Positions 26,305 through 39,927 are shown, counted from the first letter of the whole stretch. The stretch: 62,919 nucleotides of DNA, filler included, from Perkinsus chesapeaki ATCC PRA-425 (GCA_013115145.1; 6 parts of 6 records of this genome joined end to end with filler, not necessarily neighbours in it); one strand, 5' to 3'. Made by a program: numbers and translations. The notes: generated by a model not told the origin, from the sequence alone.

Positions 26305-27377
26305 TCAACCTTCACACAGAGTTCATGCGTGCACAAAGAGTCACTAAACGCTAAATGAATTGACAATATACATGAGCTAATGGATCGTACGTTCATCCTC
26401 ATAACCAAAGGTGAAGGTTGGCATCCACAAGATCTCCGAGCCGTTTGGCGCTGTCCTGGGCGATCGAGATTTCCAGATCCTTTATAGTGCGGGATCTGGA
26501 CAGCGGACCGCCAATATCACACATTTCAAACAAAACTGTCGAGAAGTATTCCGACATATATCACTCGATTCCGCGGCACTATCGAATTCTTTGAGGTATT
26601 CCTGGTTTGATGAGCAACTACTGGGAGTGAAATGCGAGGGCGTGTTACTCAGAACGCATTCTCAAACTAACCCTCCCCCATCCCCACACCCAGGGGGGCA
26701 GAGCACCCCTTCCCTGTCAACCCCGGGGGGGAGGCACGTGCCGCCTTTGCCCCCTAATGTTGGGCGCCTACGGTCGAGCAAGACCCTGCCCCCTCGGTGG
26801 AATCCGGTGCTGCACCGGGTGGCTCCGAACAAACGAAGTTTCGGGCTCCATTGGAGCACCATATATCTCGCAGTATAACATCGAATTGCGCTTCAGCGAG
26901 CAACTGTTACATGCCAACCAGAGCACATACTCTGGTGGCTACTCTGGTGACAATCCTGCATAACCCCATGAGCAGACTGAGGAGGTTAATGTCAGCTGGA
27001 ATCAGCCTTAATAGTACTGGTGGTCCTAGTGATTTTGTCCGGCGCTGGAGCAGCAACGCTAGTCCGGGTATGGATGCTAGCCTCACTCGAAATTCAAGTG
27101 TTGTCCATTCATCACGACTGACTCTATGATTGTATCAGCAGCTCACCAGACTGATGACACCGGTCCTGTAGCTCGGGATGAAGAGTAGCTTACCATGTTC
27201 GGGGCTCGCGAAGTGCCGTCGAATTAAAAAAATCGGACGGTAAAACCATCGCGCCACAATGCGTCCTTCACAATGACGTCGGTTGCTTCTGCGCCACAGC
27301 AAGCTTATTTTGCGTCCTAGGGTAAAATCGATATTTTTTCGGACACCTGAGTCCTTATTTCTCCCATCTTGGAGCCT

Positions 27378-28990
27378 ATGAGAGTTATCAGATATCTCTA
27401 CACGTCCTGCTCTGTCCTGGCTTTGGTCCAATGCGAAGAACTGGATTTCCAAAGCTTTATGAAAAAGTGAGTGCTTAAGCGCGGCAACCGGCTCTTGCAT
27501 ATGTTGTGCGAAGGTATAATAAAGCCTACAAATCCCTACAGGAGTATCAAGTTGCCAAGGAAGCCTTCCTTCAAAGTGTAAAAGAAATAGAAGAGATTCG
27601 AGCGAGCAGTAAGTTTGTAACCATATCTCAAGTAAACTATTTGTTGTCTAACCTTTAGGTGCCGTGGAGCATGAGGTTGGTATTAACGAACACTCTGACA
27701 TCCCACAAGAGCAGTTCGATAATGTTATGACTTGCACGAGTCAAACTGTCAACAGGAGACCGGAGTTCAGCACCAAAGAGAGTGGGGACTACAACTCATG
27801 CATGAGGCACATCATCGTCGTACATGCGTCAGTCCACAATGCTTCATATATGGCTGACTTACCGCCCGCCGTAGATTGGCAAGCAGCGGGCGCTCTCGCA
27901 CCGGTGAGGGACCAATATACACTGTTTCGGTACTGTGCTTGCTGCTATGCCATGGCAACTACCGGTAGGTCATTCTGTAGGACTCGTTCTGTAATGCTTG
28001 GGTCATTCATTCTTGTTAGCTGTGATAGAAAGCCGATTCAAGATTCAAAGCGGAATACCTAAAGTCATACCATTCTCGGTTCAACAGATAATCGATTGCA
28101 GCACACCTTATGGGAACAAGTAAGCCTTGAAAGCTCTCACATATGCAGCTTTTCTCTTTCAGCGGTTGCAGTGGTGGGTATAGTTCGCAAGTGTATGACT
28201 ATGTTCGGAAGTCGGGTATGGTAAAAGCGTCCAGCTACCCTTTTGTAGCTAAGGAAGGGACGTGCAAGACGAGCTTGGTTAGCAATCCACAAAGACAGTG
28301 CTTGAAGGTCGCATATTCGATGTGTTGTCGACGGTGTCGGTGGCCAGATCTCCATCGCTCTCGCTCAGATCACAGACATAACGAAGTTAGAGTACACTAT
28401 TCCGGGATCTGAAACAAGTATGATGGAAGCTGTTGCACAAGGTCCAGTAACTTCAAGCATGCAGGAAATATAAATCGGGAATCATAACAGGTTAGCCTAT
28501 GCATGCGTAAAAGGTGTTCAATATATTTCAGCCAAGTCCTGTGGTGAGGGTGATCTCGATCACCTAGTCACAATTGTTGGATATGGTACTTCAATAACTG
28601 GAATGCCGTAACTTGCTTATGCTTCTCTTCAATATTCTACAAGTTTATCTCAGTTATTGGAAGATTATGAACTCTTGGGGTAAATCTTGGGGTATGAAAG
28701 GATTCGCATATATCGAGAGGACTGGAACTGCAATTCCTCGAGGTAACAATCATGCTTGGTATTTTGCTAGGTATTGCTTCGTGGGAGGCATGACTGGCTC
28801 AGGTGCGTGTGGAATTCTAACTGAATGGCAAGAATATCCTGTTTTCGGGAGCAGCATAAATCAAACGCATAATCATAAGCATAATCGCCATGTATCAAAC
28901 CATAGCACAGAATGCCCTCCCGATATGACAAGCTCTTTAGAGCAAAATCGCTATTTCTGGTATGAGATATTGAAGTATAACTCAAGATGA
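27378..28990 (+). CDS. Papain-family (C1A) cathepsin L-like cysteine protease with signal peptide and I29 prodomain; possibly frameshifted
   Basis: MRVIRYLYTSCSVLALVQC signal; prodomain YNKAYKSLQEY...VGINEHSD; LPPAVDWQAAGALAPVRDQ...CACCYAM; SVQQIIDCS...GCSGGY; DHLVTIVGYG; YWKIMNSWGKSWGMKG. Confidence 0.85.
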
Positions 28991-31900
28991 ATAGAGTGAC
29001 CTTCTATGTAGCTTTGTTGCTCTTTCTCAAATACATCCTCGCTTGTATAGCATCGTGCTAACTGTGATGCGATGCAGCAGCGTCTTAGATATTATCCATC
29101 GTGCTGGTTGTTAGGTGCTGAATTCGAGTTTTATACTTGCTTTCAGCTGCGACTCACTCCAGCCCACCTCTCCTTATTTTCGGTTGAGTTGAAACAATCA
29201 CATTTAAATTGAGAACACAGCACTTCCCACCACTGGTGTACTTCCGCGGGGTTTCCGTTGGTAGCCAGTAGCTGGCAGCCAGTTAGATAAGACAAACTCA
29301 TCCCGGTAGTACTGAAGTGCAAAGTGTTATAGGCGCTGATAATTACGCCGCTTCATTTTGAGGGTTCAAGGTTGCCAATTCCAGGCGATCAGTTTAGACT
29401 GTTTGAATTGATTGCCTGGAATTGGCAACCTTAGCTTGGCGTTTAAAAGAATGCTTTGAGCCTTTACAGTTCAAAGACTTTGAATCAAAGTGTACGGTAT
29501 ATGAGATGTCATATATTTTATGTTGCATATATGTCGGAGAGAGTGTAAGTCAAAGTAGATGTGATAACGCAATACANNNNNNNNNNNNNNNNNNNNNNNN
29601 NNNNNNNNNNNNNNNNNNNNTTAATTAATTAANNNNNNNNNNNNNNNNNNNNNNNNNNNNNNNNNNNNNNNNNNNNGGAGTTCTATGATTCCTTCATCGA
29701 AAGAATTAGTTCCCGAAGGATGGAGCATCTGTACTCGTTCATTTGCACTGTGATAGTGTCTTGAGGAGGGTTCGCATGTAGTTGCAGAACCTGTTGGGCT
29801 GGCTGTGCTGGCGGCGAGGGAGGCCCTCATTCGGGATGGGGTTCGGAGAAAGGGGAGCGTTAAGGAGTAGCCATCTTGGCCCATGGGCATTCTCCACCTG
29901 TGATCACATGCAGATCGTTCTGCGACAGGTCTGAGGGGGGAAGACAGATCCATGAGAATGCTCCAACTTACCTTTCAGTAATGCATGAGTCCCCAAAGTT
30001 GCTCTTGAATCTTGAACCTCCGTTACATTCTTGCCGGAAAACTGACCATGGCGTTTTCACGCCAACACGACATGCCTTTGGTATTTCCTGTTTTTAAGTC
30101 AACCTTGTCGAGTTTAGAAGTGTGTCGAAATTGGGGTTCTTTTACTCGAAAGTGTTTCCGCTGAAGTTCCAAAATTGTAATTCCTAGACGATTGTGGCAA
30201 AATAGGAGTTACTAGAGCACATACCGGGGGGAATTAAAGTTCCTCAACGAGAATCTTAACGTAAATTCCATTCGCCCTTCGAAATAGAAGTTACTATTGT
30301 CGAAATAGGCGCTGAAGAGGTGCAGAGCGGTCTTGGAATTGAACTACAAGGAGATCGCTATTTTCATAATGGTCAATGACCCCCTCTGCATTTGATAACC
30401 AGGGCTAACCATCGAGATTCAATTGGGTTCTCGTGCTAGGAATGCCGCTTCTTTTCGACGAACACATTGATCAAGGCTTCACCATGGAGAGCCTTCAAAC
30501 AGGATAAAATCCTCTCATCAATACGCGATCGCCTGGCCGGCACGTTGAGTGTAGAAACACGTAACACCGGAAAACTAGTAGAGGAATAGCCCGATTGAGA
30601 GACGAGGGCCGGAGCACTCTGAGGATTCGGTAAAGGTTTGATGGCTCCACGAGGATGCTGTTGGGGAAGCACCGCTACCAGCTCGCACAGCAAGTGTACG
30701 CGAGCACAAAAGGCGAGGGCGTCACGAATACATCACTGGCTTCTATAACGTAATGGATCGTCGTCGTACCACCTTAGCTGCTTTACCTATCATTCGTCAA
30801 TAGCCACAAGTTGGTATGTTCAGCTGTGTGTTTCGCCGTTAAGTACTAGAAGATCGCAGAGTGGTCTACTCACACTTGTTTGTACCGTGAACTGTGAAAC
30901 GATGCCACATATCGTAAGAAAAGCTACCGTATGGCCTACAGCGGTGAATTGAAACGTTTACCGACGGAACATGAACATATTCGTCCGCTTGTGAGATTCC
31001 GAAAATTAATGAGCTTTACCAAGTGACGTAACTTCGACTCGGATGATGATCCCATTTATGTAGACAATGGCAGCGTATGGAACCGCCAGGAAAAGATGGA
31101 GCAGCAGAGATGTCTGAGATCCATGCACGAAATGCATTTGCGCCAGGGTTTATGTATGAACAGCTGGTCGAACCTGGATTTCGAATTCATAGCTGTTGTG
31201 GACGGAGAAAAACGGCGAGTAGGAGCAACTCGGCAACCTTAGCTCACGGATTTTGGTGATGAAAAATAAACCGTGTTGGGAATTTGGGAGTATTGGGAGT
31301 AACTCAAGTCAACTGTCAATGGCTAGTAGCAACAGTAGTGTAGCTGTTGAATTAAGCTGCATTGACTACATTATCGACATAATCGGCCCGAATTCTCCCT
31401 TTTATTCGAAGGCAAGACTTAAGAACGGTATTGTAATGATGCATAACTGATTGATGATTTACCGCGGTGCTTGATACGTGTTGTTGCCGTAAATATGTTA
31501 CTCGTCTGTTCTCCTGGCCCATTCTAATTAGAAAACTTTAATTGTCCTGATAGGTCTAATACCAAACGTTCAACAAGTGCCACACATCCCGCTGAAAAAA
31601 ACACGCGATCAAGTGAATACTTGGTTGTGCCTCATCCGAGTCCGTTCCAAGATGACCAAGATTTGGCCACGAAACGGAGTTGAGGAAATCGGTATAATTG
31701 GTCTAATCTATGCAACTTCAGATAATCCAAGCTAAAGCTACTAATCTCAGCAAATCATCCTAAGNNNNNNNNNNNNNNNNNNNNNNNNNNNNNNNNNNNN
31801 NNNNNNNNTTAATTAATTAANNNNNNNNNNNNNNNNNNNNNNNNNNNNNNNNNNNNNNNNNNNNGTTCAATATCGGCGGAGCGAAGCGAGTGTAGAACTG

Positions 31901-32543
31901 AACAAAAATGCAAGATGGTTGAAGCATCTTCGGAAATCGCAGGACCTCATTACATCGTACTGGATGTAAAAACGATTCACTACGACGGAAGCCGTCGACG
32001 TATCCTTTCGATTCTGCCGTTTTGAGTAGCTATGATTGCAATAAGGTTTATACTATAAGTAACTTAAGATTTACTTCCCTGACTCAACAATAGGAGCCAG
32101 AGGGTTGAGATTTTGTGTTATCCTCATTTGCGCGACGTAGTATGTGTGTAATTGTTGCCCCACGCATTCCATACTTTGCAACACAATAGATCCACTTGGC
32201 ATTTGAAACGCGGATAGCTACAAGGGACTCAACTATGTAAATTATATAATGGGACGTTAATGACGATCAGCATGTGGTAAAAAGACTACCGACAGACAGC
32301 GAAATGTACAACAAATGGACTGACCAACAGATACAGCATCCACTTACTATTGGGCGTCTGCACCTTTTAGGCTTAGTCAGCATGATTCAAATGAAACCAT
32401 TCAATAGAGAATACTCGAACAAGCAACAAGATAGTAGTAGGTGTATACTACTGGAGGATGTTTGAGTGAATCGGTCGTGATAGGGAACCAAAAAATGTAG
32501 CATCGTCAATGCCGTATCGACACCTCGCTCACTGACATACCGC

Positions 32544-33630
32544 TCAATAGTTTATAAGTTCACCTCTGCGCTTAATCAGCTCTTCAATTCGCTTCGGCAT
32601 CGTATCGATTAGCTTGTCTGTGTTAATGGTGCGGAAAACCCTTTGGATGCGAGCTAGGAAATCACCTTGTGTGTGGCAAGGCCCGCTCGTCATGACCTCA
32701 TGGCGAAGTTGATTCTTCAGAAGTGAAAAAGCATTTTCGATGGGGTTCAGGTCGGGAGACCTGGGGGGGAAAGCGATATAAGCAGCGCCAGCTGCTCTTA
32801 ATATACTTCTGCAGGTTGGAGTTCGCTGACTCGCCAAATTATCGGCAAGAACAAATTTCTTATTATCGTGATTCGCCTTGCACCTTCGCCGGAGCCTCGG
32901 AATGACATACTTTCGCAGAACCTCAATGTACGCCAGTTCTGTACTGTTTGGGACTTCAACAATCTCAGACGGCTGCCTATAGCCTATTAGGCCGACCAGT
33001 TTAACCTTCCCCCCGCAAGGAAAGCAGCTCCTAGTGGTCTCCCGAGAGAGCATCGGGTGTGACCATGCACGTTCCCTCGCCGCCGCACGGCTTCCATGCC
33101 TAGCATACCCGATGGATAAACCATCCAAGTATAAGCCGATATGGTGTCTGAAGTACGATGCTACAGATAAACGGTTAGCCGCACATTGTTGTAGAACACT
33201 ATGGCCCCAGCTTAGCCGAGTAGTGCTATCGCCGTGTCTGAGGAGCACACGGCGCACGGTCTTTCGGCATTTCCAGTGGTTGGTTCTCAAGAGCCGCAAA
33301 AATGAATCATAGGAAATAGGCACACCCCTCGCTGTATGGAACTCTCTAGCAGTGATATAAGGATTGTGCTTCTTCGCTGCACTGAAAGACCTCAGCAGTA
33401 GTCTGCGTTCCCTGTCGGAGAGCAGTGGTGGCCGTCCCACATTACTCTTCACTGATTTTTGACCGAGATTTCGAGTAGCCGGGGCGCGTGTCCCAGAGCA
33501 CACTCTACTAACACTGCTCTGACTCCGACCGATCCGTTTGGATATTTCCCGTGTAGAGTGACCTTGACGCCGTAATGTTATGATACTTCGGACTTCAGAG
33601 CTTTCCAGGAAGTAGGGGCTTGCGGCGCAT
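32544..33630 (-). mobile_element. Tc1-like (IS630-Tc1-mariner) transposase, DD34E
   Basis: The open frame extends 5' of the listed ORF into an HTH (IITLRRQGHSTREISKRIGRSQSSVSRV), then GRPPLLSDRERR, LYLDG, LADNLASQR and PPRSPDLNPIEN, with 34 residues between D2 and E. TIRs not identified; a gap begins at 33769. Confidence 0.88.
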
Positions 33631-33890
33631 GAACACGCCCGATCTGAGAAAGAAAAAACGCGCGCTCGGAGTTTGGTCGGTAGAAGCCCTCAATGCAGTT
33701 AAAATTATAATAGATGACTCACCGGATTCTCCCCCCTTACCCCCTGACCAATGTTGCAAAACATGTGANNNNNNNNNNNNNNNNNNNNNNNNNNNNNNNN
33801 NNNNNNNNNNNNTTAATTAATTAANNNNNNNNNNNNNNNNNNNNNNNNNNNNNNNNNNNNNNNNNNNNTCAACGGTTCTAGCTACAGCTG

Positions 33891-34295
33891 TCACCAGGTG
33901 ATTGCAGCGCCTCTCCCAACCCCAGCGTCTATGGGATTTCCTCTATATTTGTCGAAGTAAATGGAACGGAAGCCGTCCGCTCTCACTGAACTGAAAATTC
34001 CATGTTCTCTGACAGCATTAACATAGGCCTCAAGCACGACTGAATCCCACTCGAGATAAAACTCGATGACCCCAGATTCCTCATGGCTGCGGCTTCGGAC
34101 TTTGATCTTTTGAAATCGCTTCCTGAGACCGGGCAAGTTGAATAGGCATGTGGTGCCGAACAAGATGTTCGGGCAGAGAATCGTCAGCTTGAATGGATCG
34201 ACACCCTTCTGAATACCAAATATCCTCACATCGGCTGCACATAACACACTAAGTGTCAGTGATAGGAAGTATAGAGTAATCGGAGAGGAGGTCAT
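33891..34295 (-). CDS. Hypothetical secreted protein (3' end near assembly gap)
   Basis: 134-aa ORF starting with a signal-peptide-like MTSSPITLYFLSLTLSVLCAA. Confidence 0.4.
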   Translation of the reverse strand: MTSSPITLYFLSLTLSVLCAADVRIFGIQKGVDPFKLTILCPNILFGTTCLFNLPGLRKRFQKIKVRSRSHEESGVIEFYLEWDSVVLEAYVNAVREHGIFSSVRADGFRSIYFDKYRGNPIDAGVGRGAAITW

Positions 34296-37200
34296 TTATA
34301 CTATAGCTGAGTAAAGTCACTATAAATACGAAGTATCACGTGCTCATCTGATGAGGCTCGTTGTCCGCGATTCACATGAGTCACACTCATCTGGCGTCCC
34401 CCTGCTTGTCAACTCGGCACTTATGCCCGAGTGGGGAAAAACTGCTCACAATTTCTTAGTTGGTCTGAAGCTTTTATAAGCAATAATCGATCATGTAGAT
34501 TATTGATCAATTAGTCGCCTATCGCCTGCGTGCGGACCAACTCCCACGCATGCACATGCTACCTTTCTGTCGACAATTGAGAGACAGAGTAGCCCAATCT
34601 ACAAGGGATCTAATCGAGAAAAATTGATGAATACCACAGCTAGTATAACAGTAGCCCTACTGGCCGCCAGTAACTGGCGTCACTGCGTCATCATAGAAAA
34701 GAAATAATAACGGAAAATGACCACATAATCATCACTGAGTGGCCTTTGTGCGGAGGGAGCATTTTGGCGCCACGACGGCAGATTGGTGGCGCGTACTGTG
34801 CGCCAGCTGAGCTGGCCCAGCTCAATCCTCATCCGCGAGCCCATATCAAGGATCGCGGATCACCCCCAGAACCTATCATCCAACCTCTACCTTTACAGGC
34901 GTTGATGACAGTTGTTCGTCAACTCAATATCTGTACCTGAGTGTGAAAAACTAATTGCAATTCTTTCGTTTCTCTAAGGCGTCTTTAAGCCATCATTCAT
35001 CATGGCGCCTATCATAGCTTGCACGCGTTCGCGTGCCTTGAAGATGGAGAAGCAAACGGCAAGATTAACCAGGGTTCTCAAAAATTACATACCGGAATGA
35101 AAACTTCATTATTTCTCATGTCGTCTCTGTAGTATGACTTTGAGGAAGTAATGTTCAAGGGCACACAACGACCTCTAATCGACCTTTTACCGGAGGGAGT
35201 CTTTTGGCGCCTCCAGAGGCTACTGATGGCGCAAGCTGCGGATCCACCCCCGCCTCGTCCGCTATTCGTTCGGGGCTCCCCCCTCCCAGGGAACTTCTTG
35301 AGACCCCGGAATATACATGGACCCGTTGCAGGTTTCTTGTCGTCACCAACCCCAGCAGAGTAGATGGAGTCCTTACCTTTTTGACATCTCCCAACACTTC
35401 GATCGAGAAAGGGACAACAAATACAATTTGATTGTTAGAAGTTAAATATCCACGTTCCCAGCGCTTGGATCCGACCAGCGAGAGGAAAACCCCGTTGGTG
35501 AAAGGTGTTGTGTTCACCCAGTGTTTTCATACCTCGATATATCTGTTGGACATGATTCGGAGGAACACTCGGAAGAACACAACACCTCGTGCCATTGAGT
35601 GGATGGGATGGGCGTGAAAAACTACACGGGTAGACCCTTATAATAGAATCATATAACTGCAACGTAATAGCGTGACATAGCCCGGAAGTGAGAAGGCGCA
35701 TCTTTGCGTACGTGCACGCAATGTGCACGCGCAGTGTGCTGTGTTCGCACCCGCCACCGCACTCGCTATGAGTGGAAACACAAATGCTCACAGCCACTTG
35801 AATAGCAAGCCCTGGTCACTCCAGGTATATTTAACATCCGATAACGAATTATCTTCGAAATATTTTCGCCGTTAAATGAGCATGCCCTCCGAGGCTAGCC
35901 CTCGGTAGGCTCAACAGCAGTCTGAGGATGCTCCCGTGCATCCGTGGTCAGAACTAGTAGGTCTTATGAGCGTCCGTATTTGTCTAGAGAAGGCAGCACA
36001 ATACCCTCTCTGTTGCCGTTGCGACTCTACCCACGTGCTGGGTAATTCCTTTACTGTAGGGAGTACAGTACTCCAAACTAAACAAATATAATGCATAACA
36101 TCTCATGTTTAGTTACAAGAACATCATCAGTTAATCATGATAGTTGACGCTCATGCAACACATCGAATACCGATGTGGGCGCCGCGAGCTACCAACGGTC
36201 TGCCTCTGCAAGGAATGGGACCAGTTCGCCATGCCCAATTCCTGAACGAACCAATAAAACATCCCTCCCGTAAGGATGGCCTACTTCTTTTCTTCATGAG
36301 CCGTCCACAAATGTAATGTCCTCGAAAGCTTCGAGTTGAAGGACCATTCCACCGGAACTCTCGGTTCTCTCCCAGCGAATCTTCGTTGCTGCCGAGAGCG
36401 CTTAACGGAAGTAGCTGGTCGCGAAACCTGACAGGGTCGCGTCTCCGGTCAGCGCCTCCAGGGAGATACCTCGCGTGGGGGTGTTGGTAGCGATGTTGAA
36501 GCACTCAACCCCGGTGAAGTTCGAGCTCGACGAGGCAGTGAGCCCATGCTAGTATCACTACGGACGTTCCTCGACCTAGTTGTTGAAACGTCGACAGAGC
36601 GTTTGCCTATAACGTATCTACAGCAAGCCTGCAGTTGCTCGGGCTTTCGGATGACCTACGGTTTAACTTCTCCGCCGTAGAGTCCAAGGAGACCTTCAGA
36701 ATCGTACCGAGCAAAAGGTGGCCAACTGTCTGCAGCAACCGGGAGTTCCCCGTTATCAGGAGCATGGTCGAACGGGCCGATTCGGAATGGTTTCTGAAGT
36801 GAACAACTAGGATCGGAGACTGCTAGGGAATCACCCAACCGAGCGCTGAATACGTGATTCGAAGAGAATGACAGCGGCCAGTCGAAGATGAGCCTTACGT
36901 GGTTCCTCCAGCCATTCGGCCGAGCCTTACTCTTAGCCACGGTCCGAAGGCCATCGAATAAGTTCTCCTTCCGTGTAAGTCTGGCCGCTAGTTTCTCAAG
37001 ACGCTTCACACGCAATTCCTGAGGAAGAGAAATCATCCCTTTATTCAACCCACAAAGCGCTCTTACGCAATCTTGAATTGCCGAGGGCGGGAATCGGGTC
37101 ATATGGGCCGGGTCGTGCCTGAGGATTCTAGTCTCTACAATATTATAATCCCGGTCTTACGGGAAAGGGAAAAAGAAAGGCTCCGGCATTTGCTGAGATG

Positions 37201-39142
37201 GCGGTGGCAGTTGGGGGACTGAAAAATAGCATATAATGTGTTGAAAAGGTAATCGAAAATGGCACGCCACGAGGACAATACAGAGATCTCTTTAGAGAGA
37301 GCGCTACAGCCCACAAGACGGTACGAGATACCACTAACTCACCGAACTCATTCAAGTCAACTCCAGGGACCTCGTCCAGCTTTTTGACGGCACCGTCAGA
37401 TGAACTCTCCAAACCTAAGAAAGCTGGGCTAAGATGCAGCGACGCTGAAAAGTAGCCCACTTTTTCGATTGGGTATCGTCTGAGGCATTTTGACCTCAGT
37501 GAGTCGAGCTGGCAAGGAGCTGATGGCGGAGCGTAACAAAGTCCCTGGTAATGGTAACTCATTGGAGATGGAGGAGGGGCACGTACCGTCCTCATCGATG
37601 AAATGTCTCTCGTCAACTTGGGAGGAATTCGGAAGTAAACTTGAGTGACGCCCTGACATGCGAGATTGGATTAGACGTTCCTCAAGGAATAAGGAGATTC
37701 CGAATCCGTTGAAGCAACTGTAGGGCCCTTTCACCCAAAGGTGGTTTATTCTTTTTAATTCTGACACATAGGAAGCTATTGATAATCTATCGTAAGGTCG
37801 TCCAGATTCTATTGGTTAGACTTCAACCTTATTGACGATACCTCATCTACCTCGTCGATAAGAGTTTATGCATGTTGTCTTATCGCTGTTTCCTCAGACA
37901 ACTTACCCGGTTTGAGGTGATGCTGATGCACATGGGCTGGCAGCGGCGTTATCGAGGGAACCATCGGAAACTCGTTCGCAGGGACCTGGCAAAAGTGCAC
38001 CTCGCCAAGTCGGCGCACGGGAGGAGCCCCACCGCTTTCACGTCTACAGTGGTCACGAGACCGCTGTTGCCAGCTGAAGTTATCGGGCCAATGACCGCCT
38101 TGTTGCTCGGCGATTCCGAAATATTCGGTAGCCCGTTCTGAAGAAATTTCGTTGATGATGCTAGCCGCTGTCGAATTTACGACTCTACCCGTCCGAAGGG
38201 GGAAGCTGACCATCGGCTAAGGCCAGGAGTTGTCCTCGTCGGAGAAGCATCTCGTCGATCGTCCTCTTGCGCGAGGATATCAGTAACAATAGTGAGACCG
38301 GAAGGCATCTAAAGAAACGGCTTTCGGAGCGAACCACCAAGTTGATTGACAACACAACTGGATGACCGCAGTAACACCATACACGACAGACGGCGCAAGT
38401 ATGGTACGAAGGCCTTCTTGCCTCGTCTTCATCCATTCTCGAAATTAACTCTGTCATCATCAACCGCGGCCACACTAGGAGACTGCTCGGGCAAGAGGCT
38501 CTCAGTAGCAGATACTTCCTCTTTGACGGCTCCAAGAGTCATCGACGCTCCACCGCTCGGGGACATAGCGTCTCCTAGCAACCGACTCGAAGCTCTACCC
38601 TCACCGGTCAGCTCGGCGGCAGCTTCTTCCATTTCCGCATCTAACCCGCTGGAGCTCGACTCTCCACTGGCGCTTACGGAACGCTTTCGACTTTGGTGAT
38701 GTGACTGACCATGAGATAGGCCTCTTCGATGGTCACCAATATGGCTCGCCACGGCTGCTGCGGTGACTTTACTCTGTCCTACTAAATGAAGATGCTGGCG
38801 ACTCTTCTCGACAAGCAAACGGAAGTGCCTAAAAGAGATCGAGTATTTTTAATTCTGCAAATAGAGTTCGACATAATACAGTAAATAACAGTTCCTAACT
38901 TTCACCAGTTGATATCTTGAGACAGACAGATGTAGATCGAGCTAGTCGGAAAAGTGCTCAACTCTACATGTCGTGGACGCGACACTGTTCAGTAATATAA
39001 TACTGCATGCCGCACCTTCCACAAAGATTGCTAAAGTGTACATTCGTAAATGACATAAACTAGTAATAGATAACAATAAGGAAACTGTACTTTATGTTGG
39101 CTACACTGATAGTAACAAGTGATACATTTCACTCGTTGATGC

Positions 39143-39619
39143 TCACCTAGCAATGTTCCTCGGGTCTCGAGGTCTCGGCAAACGGTGGACCTCCACAGGC
39201 GTATGCCGGTGGCCCGGAGCAGGGCGATCTTCTCGTTGATATGGTCGAAGAGGAAGATGCATGCTAGGCGACCGTGGTGGTGAGCTCGTACATGACGGCA
39301 CTTCGTAGCGTATCGGCGACTCGGCGATGTCGGATTGACCCATAGATTCTTGAACCCATCGAGGACCGGTGCAATCTGCGCCAACGGTAGAGTGTATATC
39401 ATACGTGCCAGGGCCGAGGCCCGAATCACGATGGCCAGGAAGGGCGATCCGAGGGCCGAGGCTCCACTCGGGAGAGCGAGGCAGGACGGACTGGTGATTG
39501 GGCGAATTGAGGAGGCTGGGCACAGAGGCAGTCCTCGGGCGGCGTTTTCGATTTCTTTTCGACTCGGCGAAGGAACGCTGGAACTTCTGCCGGTCGTACT
39601 CTGCCTTTTGCCTCTTCAT
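39143..39619 (-). CDS. Hypothetical protein containing one PGPGxY-like (SHIPPO/ODF3-type) motif
   Basis: ORF contains GLGPGTYDIHSTVG; weak support. Confidence 0.25.
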   Translation of the reverse strand: MKRQKAEYDRQKFQRSFAESKRNRKRRPRTASVPSLLNSPNHQSVLPRSPEWSLGPRIALPGHRDSGLGPGTYDIHSTVGADCTGPRWVQESMGQSDIAESPIRYEVPSCTSSPPRSPSMHLPLRPYQREDRPAPGHRHTPVEVHRLPRPRDPRNIAR

Positions 39620-39927
39620 AGCCTGACATGAATCATCCTTTGGGCAGCGGTCTGTCCAGCTATATTGTGGAAATGAATGCCAATGGAGGATATAAATTCT
39701 TGTAGCAATTATCAGTGCTAAATGGAGCTGCTATCTGCGATACCCCATCCGCAACCTCGGCCAAACCGTCCATTTTTATGGCCAAATCACAAGATATTAT
39801 TCTTGGCACTTTACGGCCGCACAGATGAGTTGAAGGTTCCTCAACTTGAGCAACTTTCAGCTTGCCTGTAAGACACTCTTGAGGACCTCAAGGGTGCCAC
39901 TTTGTAGCAACGTATACAGATGAGTCG

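Noticed and set aside
27364-27372. CCATCTTGG just upstream of the cathepsin ATG
   Set aside because: Only 9 nt, expected by chance, and the gene is intron-rich.
34700-38820. Several moderately long ORFs, including 35204-35617 with an internal stop, 36656-37102 and 37143-37616
   Set aside because: No recognisable domain and no splice structure I could reconstruct; left unannotated.
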